A stretch of 64,000 nucleotides of DNA. Source: Candidatus Aenigmatarchaeota archaeon (GTDB taxonomy: Archaea; Aenigmatarchaeota; Aenigmatarchaeia; PWEA01; JACQIF01). This document shows, piece by piece, positions 28,582 through 37,334 of the stretch; within the stretch, counting starts at the first letter, position 1, and each line of letters begins with the position of its first letter. The translations under genes were made by a program, and so were the position numbers. The DNA lies in the NCBI GenBank assembly GCA_016432325.1, contig CP066684.1:800001-864000 (forward strand), given 5' to 3'. The notes beneath the pieces were generated by a model that was not told the DNA's origin, ran no database searches, and was given only the letters and a program-made list of their open reading frames with translations.

Positions 28582-28663
28582 GCGCCTAATTCACAAGCGA
28601 AAGATATAAACCAGAGCCTCCGCTGTTCAAACAAAACAAAAGAAGAAAAAGAAAAACCCGCGC

Positions 28664-29308
28664 TCAGCGCCTTCTGCGACCCTTGTACTCGTCTTCGTAG
28701 CTCTTCGCGAGGTCTGCTACGACGTCCTTGAGTCCGAGGCCGAGCGCTATCGCCACGCCGAGACCGACCGCCGCTACCAAAATCAGCAGTATCTCGTCGA
28801 CGATGAGCAATGGGATTCCTATCACCCGCAGAGCCACAGACAGGCCGAGGTACATCACCAGGAAGAAGATGATCTTTCCTGTAAGCTTGGAATAGACCGT
28901 CCTCGAGCTGATGAGCTCCTCCTTGAAGTAGATTCCCACGGCATAAGCGACGAGCATGACGATGCCCGCTGCTATCATGTCCGGCAGGAAGCCTACGACT
29001 GTGCCCACGAACGCCGCCAGGGCTGCTATGCCCAGCACGTCCGCGGACGCCTGTATGAACACCAGATAGACTACCCAGCGGACTATCATGTCCAGGAAGT
29101 GCGAAACGCTCACCTTGATGTGCGCTTCCTTCCTGAGTTCCTTGTCCACGCCTGCGCGCGTCAGGAGCTCGTAGGTCACCCTACCCAGGGCTCTGCCGAT
29201 GATGTAACCCAGTGCCAGCAACACGACTGCTCCGGCCAGATTCGGGATGAATATCGCGAAACTGGTCCAAAGGTCGGTGGCAATGCCTACTAAAACATCG
29301 ACTGCCAT
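28664..29308 (-). CDS. TM-helix repeat protein (MscS-associated type)
   Basis: PNLAGAVVLL and FLPDMIAA repeats, ALGLGLKD. Confidence 0.8.
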   Translation of the reverse strand: MAVDVLVGIATDLWTSFAIFIPNLAGAVVLLALGYIIGRALGRVTYELLTRAGVDKELRKEAHIKVSVSHFLDMIVRWVVYLVFIQASADVLGIAALAAFVGTVVGFLPDMIAAGIVMLVAYAVGIYFKEELISSRTVYSKLTGKIIFFLVMYLGLSVALRVIGIPLLIVDEILLILVAAVGLGVAIALGLGLKDVVADLAKSYEDEYKGRRRR

Positions 29309-29427
29309 AGGCTACGTGCGCAGGAGGGGTTATTAAAGCTTTCTGCGCGAGGCGCGGAAAGTTAAGAACGGATGTTTTTGAGCTTTCTGACTGACGTGCG
29401 TTGTGGCCAGAGGTTCAAAGTCATTGT

Positions 29428-29613
29428 TGGTGGGCCCGCTGTGATTTTCTCATACGCCGGAAGGCGTACTTTCCCTAAAGGCTTTTGGACGGAAATGTCC
29501 AAAAGGCTTTGAACACAGGTTTCCAACATGTTAGCTCGTTCTTCATCTTCGCTTCAGAAGCTTAGAGACGAGTCCCCAAGCTGGAGTCCTAAACCAAGCT
29601 AGACTACGGGCCC
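29428..29613 (-). tRNA. tRNA-Pro(GGG) with introns at 37/38 (29529-29573, 45 nt) and 59/60 (29445-29507, 63 nt)
   Basis: GGGCCCG/CGGGCCC acceptor, CCA; BHB helix TTGG/CTAA. Confidence 0.92.
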
Positions 29614-29671
29614 AGTGGGAATAACGCCACAGACCAACCATTTATACTTGTTTACCAGAACGTGCCTTCGA

Positions 29672-29728
29672 GGGCAGGTAGTCGTAGCACGCTTTTGCGA
29701 AAAGCGTGGGCAAAACGACGCCACCTAT
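29672..29728 (+). repeat. duplicated tRNA-Ala 5' end plus a copy of its D-loop intron hairpin
   Basis: GGGCAGGTAGTC at 29672 and 29729; AGCACGCTTTT..AAAAGCGTGGGCAAAAC vs AGCACACTTT..AAAGTGTGGGCAAAAC. Confidence 0.8.
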
Positions 29729-29920
29729 GGGCAGGTAGTCTAGACAGCACACTTTAAAAAAAGTGTGGGCAAAACACAAATTGCCAGCTGGGAAAACGGA
29801 ATGACGTCACGTTCGCAACGTGAAGGTCGCGGGTTCAAACCGGGCTTTCTTCCAAAGAAAGCACGGGTGCAAAGAAGGTAAGCCTTCCGGCACTCAACGG
29901 AAATCCCGCCCTGTCCACCA
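29729..29920 (+). tRNA. tRNA-Ala(CGC) with D-loop intron (~29744-29795, junction +/-1-2 nt) and 59/60 intron (29840-29903, 64 nt)
   Basis: G3-U70 in GGGCAGG/CCTGTCC; anticodon stem TCACG/CGTGA; CCA. Confidence 0.92.
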
Positions 29921-29952
29921 TTTTTATACTTTACACTCTGTACGTTCCTTGC

Positions 29953-30062
29953 GGACCCGTAGCTCAGGTGGTTAGAGCGCTGCTCTGATAGTTGGACATC
30001 GATACGTTGATGTCCTTTTGGTCAGGCAGAGGCCCGGAGTTCAAATCTCCGCGGGTCCACCA
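29953..30062 (+). tRNA. tRNA-Ile(GAT) with canonical 33-nt intron (29991-30023)
   Basis: Full cloverleaf; BHB helix CTGA/TTGG. Confidence 0.95.
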
Positions 30063-30192
30063 CAAATTTCAAGGCAAGGATTTTCGAACAAAGTTCGAAA
30101 ACTTCGAACCGCTGTTCGAAGACAGTTGAAACGCGAAGCGTTTCTTGGGGTCCACCAAAACCTTTTATACAGGGAACGTCGATAAACTCACC

Positions 30193-30528
30193 ATGGCACT
30201 GCCCGCTATCGTCTGGCTCCTCGTTACGGCAGTAAACCTCATAGTTGAAGTGCTGGCCGCCGTCATTGCGTTCAATATGAGCCGCAAGGTCAAAGGCGAC
30301 CTTCTGCGTAAGATGTTTATAACCTTCGGAATTATCATACTTCTCAACACGGCGGCTGACTTCAGCACATACCTTGTCTTTCAGGTGCCGTCAATCCAAG
30401 CAGCCGCCGCCGCGGCGAGCTCACCCCACAGCGATTTTGTCGTTGTCTTCAGGCTACTGAGCAACCTCGCACTCGTCTATATGATGACGCGTTTCGAGGA
30501 GTTCAAGAAGCAGTTCACATTCGGTTGA
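30193..30528 (+). CDS. small three-TM membrane protein
   Basis: hydrophobic ORF, start ATG 30193. Confidence 0.65.
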   Translation: MALPAIVWLLVTAVNLIVEVLAAVIAFNMSRKVKGDLLRKMFITFGIIILLNTAADFSTYLVFQVPSIQAAAAAASSPHSDFVVVFRLLSNLALVYMMTRFEEFKKQFTFG

Positions 30529-30561
30529 GCTTTATATCTCTTATTCTCAAACTGGACTTGC

Positions 30562-30787
30562 GCCTGGGTGGCTCAGTGGTAGCGCCTTTTTGCTGCGGCA
30601 AAAACCCGCGGGAATGCACGGAACAACGTTCCGGCACATCGGGAGCGCACTCCCGAATGAAATCCGCGCCGCGCGCCTAAAGAGCACCAGACTCATAATC
30701 TGGGGGTCGTGAGTTCGAAGCCTTACTGCCCGAGAGGGCGGTAAGTGAAACGCGCAGCGTTTCAGGAGTTACTCACCCCAGGCACCA
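30562..30787 (+). tRNA. elongator tRNA-Met(CAT) with ~100-nt D-loop intron (~30582-30681) and 51-nt T-loop intron (30720-30770)
   Basis: GCCTGGG/CCCAGGC acceptor, CCAGA/TCTGG anticodon stem, GTGAG/CTCAC T stem, CCA. Confidence 0.9.
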
Positions 30788-30822
30788 TAATTCGATACAA
30801 GAACGTTGTATATTGTCGAGAA

Positions 30823-31116
30823 CTACGCCTCTACCGCTCCTGAATCGAGAGCGGCATAGGGAACGTTGACGCGTAGCGCAAGCGTGTAGAACGCAGCGCT
30901 GTTCTCGCCGCGCTCTTCCCTGAATACGGCGCTCTGCCTTTCAAGGCCCTGGAGACACGATCTCACGTCTTTCGTTTCCCATCCCGGGAATGCATCGTAT
31001 ATGGTTCTTTCCTCGACTTCGCCGTCTCTTGCGATTATGTTCAGAATCCAGCTCTCGATGACGGTCTTGCGTTTCTCTGTTGCGCCGTCGCGCGCGAACC
31101 GCGAGAACGTGTTCAT
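30823..31116 (-). CDS. small winged-helix-like protein
   Basis: ILNII...DVRSCLQGLERQSAV pattern; start ATG 31116. Confidence 0.55.
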   Translation of the reverse strand: MNTFSRFARDGATEKRKTVIESWILNIIARDGEVEERTIYDAFPGWETKDVRSCLQGLERQSAVFREERGENSAAFYTLALRVNVPYAALDSGAVEA

Positions 31117-31166
31117 CGCGTCCAGTTGGACAAGATAGGATTTATACGCGAGAGATAAACAGTCGT

Positions 31167-31298
31167 TTACTTCTTCGGCTTCGCCTTGCACGCCCTGCAG
31201 CCGTCGCGGCCTATGCAGGAGAGGCATACCTGCGACTTGCAGGCAACGCACTCGTGCATCTCTCCGACGCGCTGGCAGGCTTCGCATGCGCCTCTCAT
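31167..31298 (-). CDS. 43-aa four-CxxC zinc-binding microprotein
   Basis: MRGACEACQRVGEMHECVACKSQVCLSCIGRDGCRACKAKPKK. Confidence 0.7.
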   Translation of the reverse strand: MRGACEACQRVGEMHECVACKSQVCLSCIGRDGCRACKAKPKK

Positions 31299-31329
31299 AG
31301 AAATCACATTCGTAAATGCAGGATATAAA

Positions 31330-31509
31330 TCAGAACGTTTCCTCTTCTGACTCGTCTGGCGATGCTTCTGCCATCGTGGCGCGGCCGTGGCATATCTGGC
31401 AGCCGTAGTCCTGCAGGCACTCGGCGCACACGCGCGCGGCGCAGACCGGGCATTCGCGCAGCGTGCGCACTACCTCTCCGCAATGCTGGCATACTCCTGC
31501 CATGTACAT
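31330..31509 (-). CDS. four-CxxC zinc-binding microprotein, paralog of the neighbour
   Basis: GVCQHC...ECPVC..VCAEC...GCQIC; GGTGA RBS. Confidence 0.75.
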   Translation of the reverse strand: MYMAGVCQHCGEVVRTLRECPVCAARVCAECLQDYGCQICHGRATMAEASPDESEEETF

Positions 31510-31658
31510 ATCACCTGCCGGACAAGACGCATGAAACCCGGGGGCTTCACGGATGCCTCGACACTCGCGTAGAAACAAAAATTCATGTATTTAACCTTTC
31601 TTAGGCCGACAGTCGACGAATTTTTAGCTTAAATAAAGTTGCGCAGAAGACGACTCGT

Positions 31659-31734
31659 GCCGCCATAGCTCAGCTAGTAGAGCACCTGACTTGTAATCAG
31701 GGGGTCGAGGGGGCAGAGCCCTCTGGCGGCTCCA
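31659..31734 (+). tRNA. tRNA-Thr(TGT), intronless, atypical D- and T-loops
   Basis: All four stems pair; D-loop AGCTAGTA, T-loop GGCAGAG; CCA. Confidence 0.88.
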
Positions 31735-32550
31735 CTATCTCGCCAAGCCCTTGAACTTCCTGACGATGTAAGACGTCACGAAGAATGCCAGGAATATGGC
31801 GGCCAGCTGGACGCCTCCTGCGATGGCGCCGAAAGGCCTTCCTGCCCTCGGATAGAGCATCTCCTGCAGTCCGCTCATCAGCACGAAGTCGAGCAGCAGG
31901 ACGCTGGACAGATAGAGCCGGTTGATAATCTCCTTGTCTTGCGGAGGCAGTCTCTGCCTGAACGTGTCGTAGTCCCTCTTTGACAGCCAGAAGAGGCCCG
32001 CGACGACGAGCATGTTGACCGCGATAATAGAAGCGCCGTATGCTGGAAGACCGGCGAAGAAGACGCTAACGGTGTAAGACGCGCCGACGACAAACGAAAC
32101 AATAAGGGCAAGCCAAGGCCCGGGCTGGTTCAACCGCACGCTTCTCTCCAGCACTGCTTCGAGGCGCGTCGTCGTGTCTTCCAGAATCCGGACGGCGCCT
32201 CCGAGGACGTGCAAAAAGACGAAGAGGAAAGACGCCTGCAGCGCTACAAGACCCAGCAGCATCGAGTCCGCGACGAGAGGCGGAGACAGGAGGTCGGCGA
32301 CGACGCGCGCCAGCATAAAGACGAGCACGTAGTGCACGAGAGCCGACAGCAGGCGAGCGACGGTTCGGCCTTTCGAGGCGCTGATTTTCCTGAAGTGCGC
32401 GACGTGCGTCAGCGTGGTGAACGAAAACAGCATCGCGGCTGTCATGGCGATGGACGCGTAGAAATCCGTTACGCTGGAGAGTGCGAGCGTGCCGGCGACG
32501 ACGGCCACGGCCAGTATGAAGACGTCTTTTCTCGTAGACTCCATGGTCAT
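31735..32550 (-). CDS. multi-pass membrane protein
   Basis: ~8 hydrophobic segments. Confidence 0.65.
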   Translation of the reverse strand: MTMESTRKDVFILAVAVVAGTLALSSVTDFYASIAMTAAMLFSFTTLTHVAHFRKISASKGRTVARLLSALVHYVLVFMLARVVADLLSPPLVADSMLLGLVALQASFLFVFLHVLGGAVRILEDTTTRLEAVLERSVRLNQPGPWLALIVSFVVGASYTVSVFFAGLPAYGASIIAVNMLVVAGLFWLSKRDYDTFRQRLPPQDKEIINRLYLSSVLLLDFVLMSGLQEMLYPRAGRPFGAIAGGVQLAAIFLAFFVTSYIVRKFKGLAR

Positions 32551-32617
32551 GTTTTAAGGAGACCCGGATTTAAATCCAATTTCCGCCGATCGCAGACCGG
32601 CGGACGTTTAAAACATC

Positions 32618-32968
32618 TCAGCCAATTCGCGGCGGGATGATGCGTTCCGTCTTGTTCTCCGTGTCAACTTCCACTATTGACTCAAAGAGCTCGACGAGCG
32701 TTTTCATGGAGACCACGACGAAAACCATCGCCAGAGTGAAGAACACGGGCATTATGTTCCACAGCTCGTTCGTCACGTCGAGACCCGTTATTCCAAAATA
32801 CGCCACGATTAAGTGAGAAGGCGGTCCGAACATCGCGGCGAGGAAGAGATAGGTCAGGCTCTGCTTCAGCCGCCCCGACGACCTGCGGAGAGCGTCGTAT
32901 AGGAATACCGTGCCTATGAATGCGAGAACGACGCCCACGACTGTCAGATGCCATACGGTCAGCGCCAT
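32618..32968 (-). CDS. small three-TM membrane protein
   Basis: hydrophobic; resembles 32971-33261. Confidence 0.65.
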   Translation of the reverse strand: MALTVWHLTVVGVVLAFIGTVFLYDALRRSSGRLKQSLTYLFLAAMFGPPSHLIVAYFGITGLDVTNELWNIMPVFFTLAMVFVVVSMKTLVELFESIVEVDTENKTERIIPPRIG

Positions 32969-32970
32969 GG

Positions 32971-33261
32971 TTATCCCTTCCCGCCCAGGCGCGATATTGT
33001 GTACATGCTATATGCCCACGTGGCGCCGGGTATCGCGTGGACGGCTATGAACACCGCCCATAAGGGGTCGCTGGTCTGGATGCCGGCGAAGCCGAGATAC
33101 GCGGCGATGAGATTGTAAAGCATGTATGACGCATCCGTGTAGAGAAAGAAGACGAGTCCCGTTCTAAGCCTGCCGGTGGTCGCTCCTATCGCCCGTCGCA
33201 GGAGAACCAGGCCATAGAGACCGATGAAGAACCCGACGACACTCAGCCACCAGAGAACCAT
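32971..33261 (-). CDS. small three-TM membrane protein
   Basis: hydrophobic; shares a GRL-containing loop with the neighbour. Confidence 0.65.
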   Translation of the reverse strand: MVLWWLSVVGFFIGLYGLVLLRRAIGATTGRLRTGLVFFLYTDASYMLYNLIAAYLGFAGIQTSDPLWAVFIAVHAIPGATWAYSMYTISRLGGKG

Positions 33262-33291
33262 GCGTATGGTTGGCGAAACCGACTTATAAAA

Positions 33292-33996
33292 TCATTCCAA
33301 CACGTACTCCATTCGCTGGACGTCTTTCCCCTTGTTGGCAAGGCCGACTATGCGCACGCGGCCCAATTCTTGGAGGTTAGAGACGTGCGTGCCTCCGCAC
33401 GGGCAGAGATCATAATCCTTTATCCTGATGAGGCGCAGTTGTTGGACGTTCTTCGGGATGCGTTCTATGTCGGTGCGCTGCGCGTTCGTGGCGTTCAGCG
33501 CGTCCTCCCGCGACATGTACTCTATGGAGACGGGCCTCTTTTCAGATATTAGCGCGTTCGCTCGCTGTTCGATGCTCCGCAGGTCATCGTCCGAGAAGTG
33601 CGCCGGTGCGAAATCTATGCGCGAGCGCTCCGGATGTATCTGGTTCCCCACCGTGGACGCCTTGAAGAGTTCCAGCACGACGGCCGAGACGAGATGCTGA
33701 GAAGTGTGCATCCTCATGTTCGCGTGGCGGCGCGTCCAGTCGACGACGCAGTGCACGGAAACGCCTGCGGGAACGTTCTTGTCGACGAAGTGTTTGACTT
33801 GCCCTTTGTCTTTACGCGCATCCGTTACGTTCGCGGCGCCGCCATCGAATGTCATGGTCCCTGTGTCGTGTTCCTGCCCGCCGCCCGTGGGGTAGAACAC
33901 TGTGCGGTCCAGAACGACCCAGTTCGGTCCGCTCTCAATTACGCGCGCGTCGCACTCGCGCAGATAGCAGTCGTTGAGATAGAGAAGGTCGGTCAT
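33292..33996 (-). CDS. alaX: AlaX-M alanyl-tRNA editing protein
   Basis: FYPTGGGQ, MRMHTSQH, CPCGGTHV. Confidence 0.92.
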   Translation of the reverse strand: MTDLLYLNDCYLRECDARVIESGPNWVVLDRTVFYPTGGGQEHDTGTMTFDGGAANVTDARKDKGQVKHFVDKNVPAGVSVHCVVDWTRRHANMRMHTSQHLVSAVVLELFKASTVGNQIHPERSRIDFAPAHFSDDDLRSIEQRANALISEKRPVSIEYMSREDALNATNAQRTDIERIPKNVQQLRLIRIKDYDLCPCGGTHVSNLQELGRVRIVGLANKGKDVQRMEYVLE

Positions 33997-34000
33997 CGGA

Positions 34001-34252
34001 TCACCTGTATATGTTTTTCCTGTGCCCAAGAGAAAGGATAAAGACGACCTTCTCTTTATTGTCAAGCTTTGCCAATACGCGGTAGTCGCCGACGCGCAGT
34101 TTATAATCCACCCTGCCTGTAAGCCGTTCCAGATAGTGCGCCGGGCGGGAGGCGGCCCTTTCCAGACTGTCCAGGATGCGTTTGGCCGTGGCGTTGTCCA
34201 GTTTCCGCAGTTCGGAGACCGCCTCGTCGGAGAACACAAGCCTGAAGGTCAC
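34001..34252 (-). CDS. relE: RelE/ParE-family toxin
   Basis: YKLRVGDYRV, LGHRKNIY. Confidence 0.9.
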   Translation of the reverse strand: MTFRLVFSDEAVSELRKLDNATAKRILDSLERAASRPAHYLERLTGRVDYKLRVGDYRVLAKLDNKEKVVFILSLGHRKNIYR

Positions 34253-34491
34253 CGTATCCCCAGCTCTTCTCTAATCTCCCGCAGCGTGCGGGTCCTTCCC
34301 CTCTTCACGTCTGCCAGGGCTCTTAGAAGAGAGGCTTTGAACTCGTCGGTATACTCTCCCTCATCGTCTCCCGAAGGAACGAGTTCCAGAAGAGCGTTCA
34401 GCAGCTCGTCATACGTTTCGCCCTCAGTTTCCTTGAGCCGCGCGAGCCTCCCCCTCGTCTCCCTGCTTATCTGTATTGTGGTGTAGGACAT
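34249..34491 (-). CDS. cognate antitoxin
   Basis: TTIQIS.ETR..L..LK...ETYDE; overlaps the toxin start. Confidence 0.8.
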   Translation of the reverse strand: MSYTTIQISRETRGRLARLKETEGETYDELLNALLELVPSGDDEGEYTDEFKASLLRALADVKRGRTRTLREIREELGIR

Positions 34492-34577
34492 ATTATGGAT
34501 ATATTATACAACAACTATATAAAGGTTGCATTCGGAAGAACGCCCCCTTTAAATAACTTTCCACGCAAACGCTACCT

Positions 34578-35148
34578 ATGATGGCCGCGCAGGAGTATCG
34601 AAAGTTGTCGTTCGGAGCAGACGACTTGACCAAGCCGCCGAAGAAAGGGCTGTACGTCCCTCAGTTCAAGGTCGACGTTCCCCAAGGATATAGGTTTTAC
34701 ACCGGCGAGCCGCTCGTTTCACGGGTCGACCGCTGGGCCACTCTTGACATGAACGCCATGTTGGCCGAGGAGTACGGCGGCGTCTGGCGCCAGCCGAATA
34801 TGGACGAGTGGGCCGCGTGGTCCGGGTAAATCGTATTACGTGTGGTCTCACCTTAACCCGATGATAATAAAGAACGTTGGCGTCCTTCTGATGCCTGAAG
34901 CAAAGGACAGAAAACTGACGGGCGGGCAGATTAGATTTTGCGAGACAAGCGGGAACCTTCGTGAGGTTCTGTCGGCAGCCGATGTTAAAACAAGCATTCC
35001 CTTCGCAGATTGTGGAATTGTATACGAAGATAATATTGCCCCCGTCAGGTCCCGCTGGGACGCTGGTGCGGGGCGCTTCGGCGCGGTTGCTGGCAGGCCC
35101 TCGAGCCGGATTGACGGGGGCGCCGCCACTTTCATGAGAGAAAAATAA
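34578..35148 (+). CDS. CLec/DGR-target-like protein, split by a predicted 25-nt intron (34820-34844) or by a +1 frameshift
   Basis: WRQPNMDEW motif in ORF1; VR-like C-terminus APVRSRW...RFGA.A.RPS in ORF2. Confidence 0.6.
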
Positions 35149-35154
35149 AAGTCG

Positions 35155-37296
35155 CTAAGACGGTCCCAAGGACTTCTGTCCGTCTTCCAACCCCTCCTTC
35201 GCATGCAGCTGCTTGTGAACGTCCGCGGCAAGCTTTTCACCGAGCAACGGTTTCAACTTTTCCAGAGGCGCGTCGCGTATTTTTGTCAGCGATGTCAGCC
35301 CGGCATTGTGCAGCGTCCTCGCACGCACGCGTCCTATCCCTTTTAGAGCGACGAGCGCAACGAGTTCTTCCTTGATGCCGTACTTTACGCGCACGCGGGC
35401 CTTGCGCAGTTCGCGCATCTTTTCCTTAAGTCCTGTCAGCAGAGCCATCTCTTCCGCGGCGTACAGCAACCAGTCCGCGGTTTCGAGGCGCGCACGCAGC
35501 TCGCCTGGCGTTGTGCCATACTCTTCAAGAAGCCAGTCTTCGCCCGCTTCGGACGCCCATGCGTCCAGAACAATCGCGCACTTCATTGCGTTGACGAAGT
35601 CGTCATACTCGCTGTCCCACGGTTCCGGCGCGCTCACCCCGCGCGATTCGGCTTCGGCCAATAGCGCCGCAACCTCGCCGTCCTTCGCGCGTCCCGGAGC
35701 CATCTCCCGCGTGTTGGCTATCATGAGAAGGCTGTCAAACACACTCGTGCACTTTTCCAATGTAGTCATCATCGAGAACGCGGTCTCGGGGTCGATGTAG
35801 AGCTGCGACACGCGCGTTCCAATCCGCGTGGCTTCGAGCCCTCCGTCACGTGTTATGAATCCCTGCTCTTCGAGTCTCGACAAGACGCGTTCGACTGTCG
35901 CACGTATCTTCTCCAATTCCTTATACTGGTGCGCGAAAAACGTTCCCTGCAAGAATTTCCACAGCCCCTCCTCTGAAGCGACGTGGGACGCGATGAGCGC
36001 GAGCGCATGCATCCTCAGTATCGGCTCGACCCCGAGCTTCGAGAGTATCTCTTCTGGCTTTCCTTGTATGTACCTCTTGACAAGGTCGTGCGCTTCCAAC
36101 TCCGAGCGCGCGAGAAGAACGGCTTCGCCTTCATTGTCGTACTTCGGACGCCCTGCCCGGCCGGCCATCTGGTGGTATTCGAGAACGGGAATGAAGACAG
36201 AACCGTACATGGGATGGAAGCGCTTGACGTCGCGTATGACGACGCGATATGCCGGGAGATTCAGGCCTGCCGCAAGTGTCGGCGTGGCCGCGATGACCTT
36301 GATTGCGTTCTCCTTGAAGGCGCGCTCGACAAGCGAACGCTGCGGCCCCGCGAGACCGGCGTGATGGAAGGCCGTGCCTTTGCGGATGCAGCGAGCGAGG
36401 CGCTCGCACTGTTTTGTCGGGCGCGAAGTGACGTTGAGAATGTCTTCTGCAAGCTTGGCGAGTTTCGCGCGTTCGTCGGCCTTCAACTTCGTTCCTATCG
36501 ATTCTCCGCACTTCTCTGCGACGGATTCGGCGTTGCGCCTCGAGGACGCGAAGACGAGCGCCTGCTTGCCTTCGGCGACCGTGCGGTCGCAGATTTCCAA
36601 TTCCACATTCTCTTCGTTCGCGAGTTTGAAGTCACGGTCGCTTTCGGGGAAGCGTACGGCTTCGCCGTCGTAAACGCCTTTGTAGAGGGCGACAGGCCTG
36701 TAGTCAGACGTTACGAGCTCTGCGTTGAGCCACGATGCCAGTTCTTTTGCGTTTGCTATTGTCGCGGACAGACCGATTATCTGCGGTTTGTATTCGCGCA
36801 GGCGCGTCAGCACGACTTCCAGCGTGGGTCCGCGCGTTTCATCATTCAACAGGTGCACTTCGTCTGCAACGACAAGACCGACGTTGAGTATCCATGCAGG
36901 ACTGTGGCGCAGAAGCGAGTCCAGCTTCTCGGAAGTGGCGACAATAAGGTCGTACGAGCCGAGCCAGTCGTCTGCGGTGTCATAGTCGCCCGCCGAGACG
37001 GCGACGCGCACGCCGAGCTTTTCATACTTCCTGAAGTCCTCGAGCTTTTCAGAAGCGAGCGCGCGGAGCGGAACGATGTAAAGGACTTTTCGCTTCTTTT
37101 CCAATATCATCTTGAGGAACGCGAGTTCCGCGATGAGCGTCTTGCCCGAAGCCGTCGGAGACGCTACAACAAGGTTCTTGCCCTGCAGAAGGCCTGCTTC
37201 TATCGCAAGTTTCTGCGGAGGATTGAGACTCGTGACGCCTCCCAGTACGAGCGTGCTGCGGGCTTCCTTGGGCAGTTCGAGAGAGTCGACGTGCAT
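35155..37296 (-). CDS. hel308: Ski2-like helicase Hel308
   Basis: PTASGKT, DEVH, LSATI, HHAGL, QMAGRAGRP, GIGRVRAR. Confidence 0.95.
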   Translation of the reverse strand: MHVDSLELPKEARSTLVLGGVTSLNPPQKLAIEAGLLQGKNLVVASPTASGKTLIAELAFLKMILEKKRKVLYIVPLRALASEKLEDFRKYEKLGVRVAVSAGDYDTADDWLGSYDLIVATSEKLDSLLRHSPAWILNVGLVVADEVHLLNDETRGPTLEVVLTRLREYKPQIIGLSATIANAKELASWLNAELVTSDYRPVALYKGVYDGEAVRFPESDRDFKLANEENVELEICDRTVAEGKQALVFASSRRNAESVAEKCGESIGTKLKADERAKLAKLAEDILNVTSRPTKQCERLARCIRKGTAFHHAGLAGPQRSLVERAFKENAIKVIAATPTLAAGLNLPAYRVVIRDVKRFHPMYGSVFIPVLEYHQMAGRAGRPKYDNEGEAVLLARSELEAHDLVKRYIQGKPEEILSKLGVEPILRMHALALIASHVASEEGLWKFLQGTFFAHQYKELEKIRATVERVLSRLEEQGFITRDGGLEATRIGTRVSQLYIDPETAFSMMTTLEKCTSVFDSLLMIANTREMAPGRAKDGEVAALLAEAESRGVSAPEPWDSEYDDFVNAMKCAIVLDAWASEAGEDWLLEEYGTTPGELRARLETADWLLYAAEEMALLTGLKEKMRELRKARVRVKYGIKEELVALVALKGIGRVRARTLHNAGLTSLTKIRDAPLEKLKPLLGEKLAADVHKQLHAKEGLEDGQKSLGPS

Positions 37297-37334
37297 GGTT
37301 TGCGTACGCACAGAAGGTATTAAATCGTTACGGT

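Noticed and set aside
29672-29728. Split or permuted tRNA half, or an acceptor-stem intron
   Set aside because: Only 12 nt of tRNA sequence, no separate partner half, and no BHB register that removes exactly the 57-nt period.
26505-30157. CRISPR array from TTCGAA palindromes
   Set aside because: No regularly spaced identical repeats with unique spacers; no cas genes.
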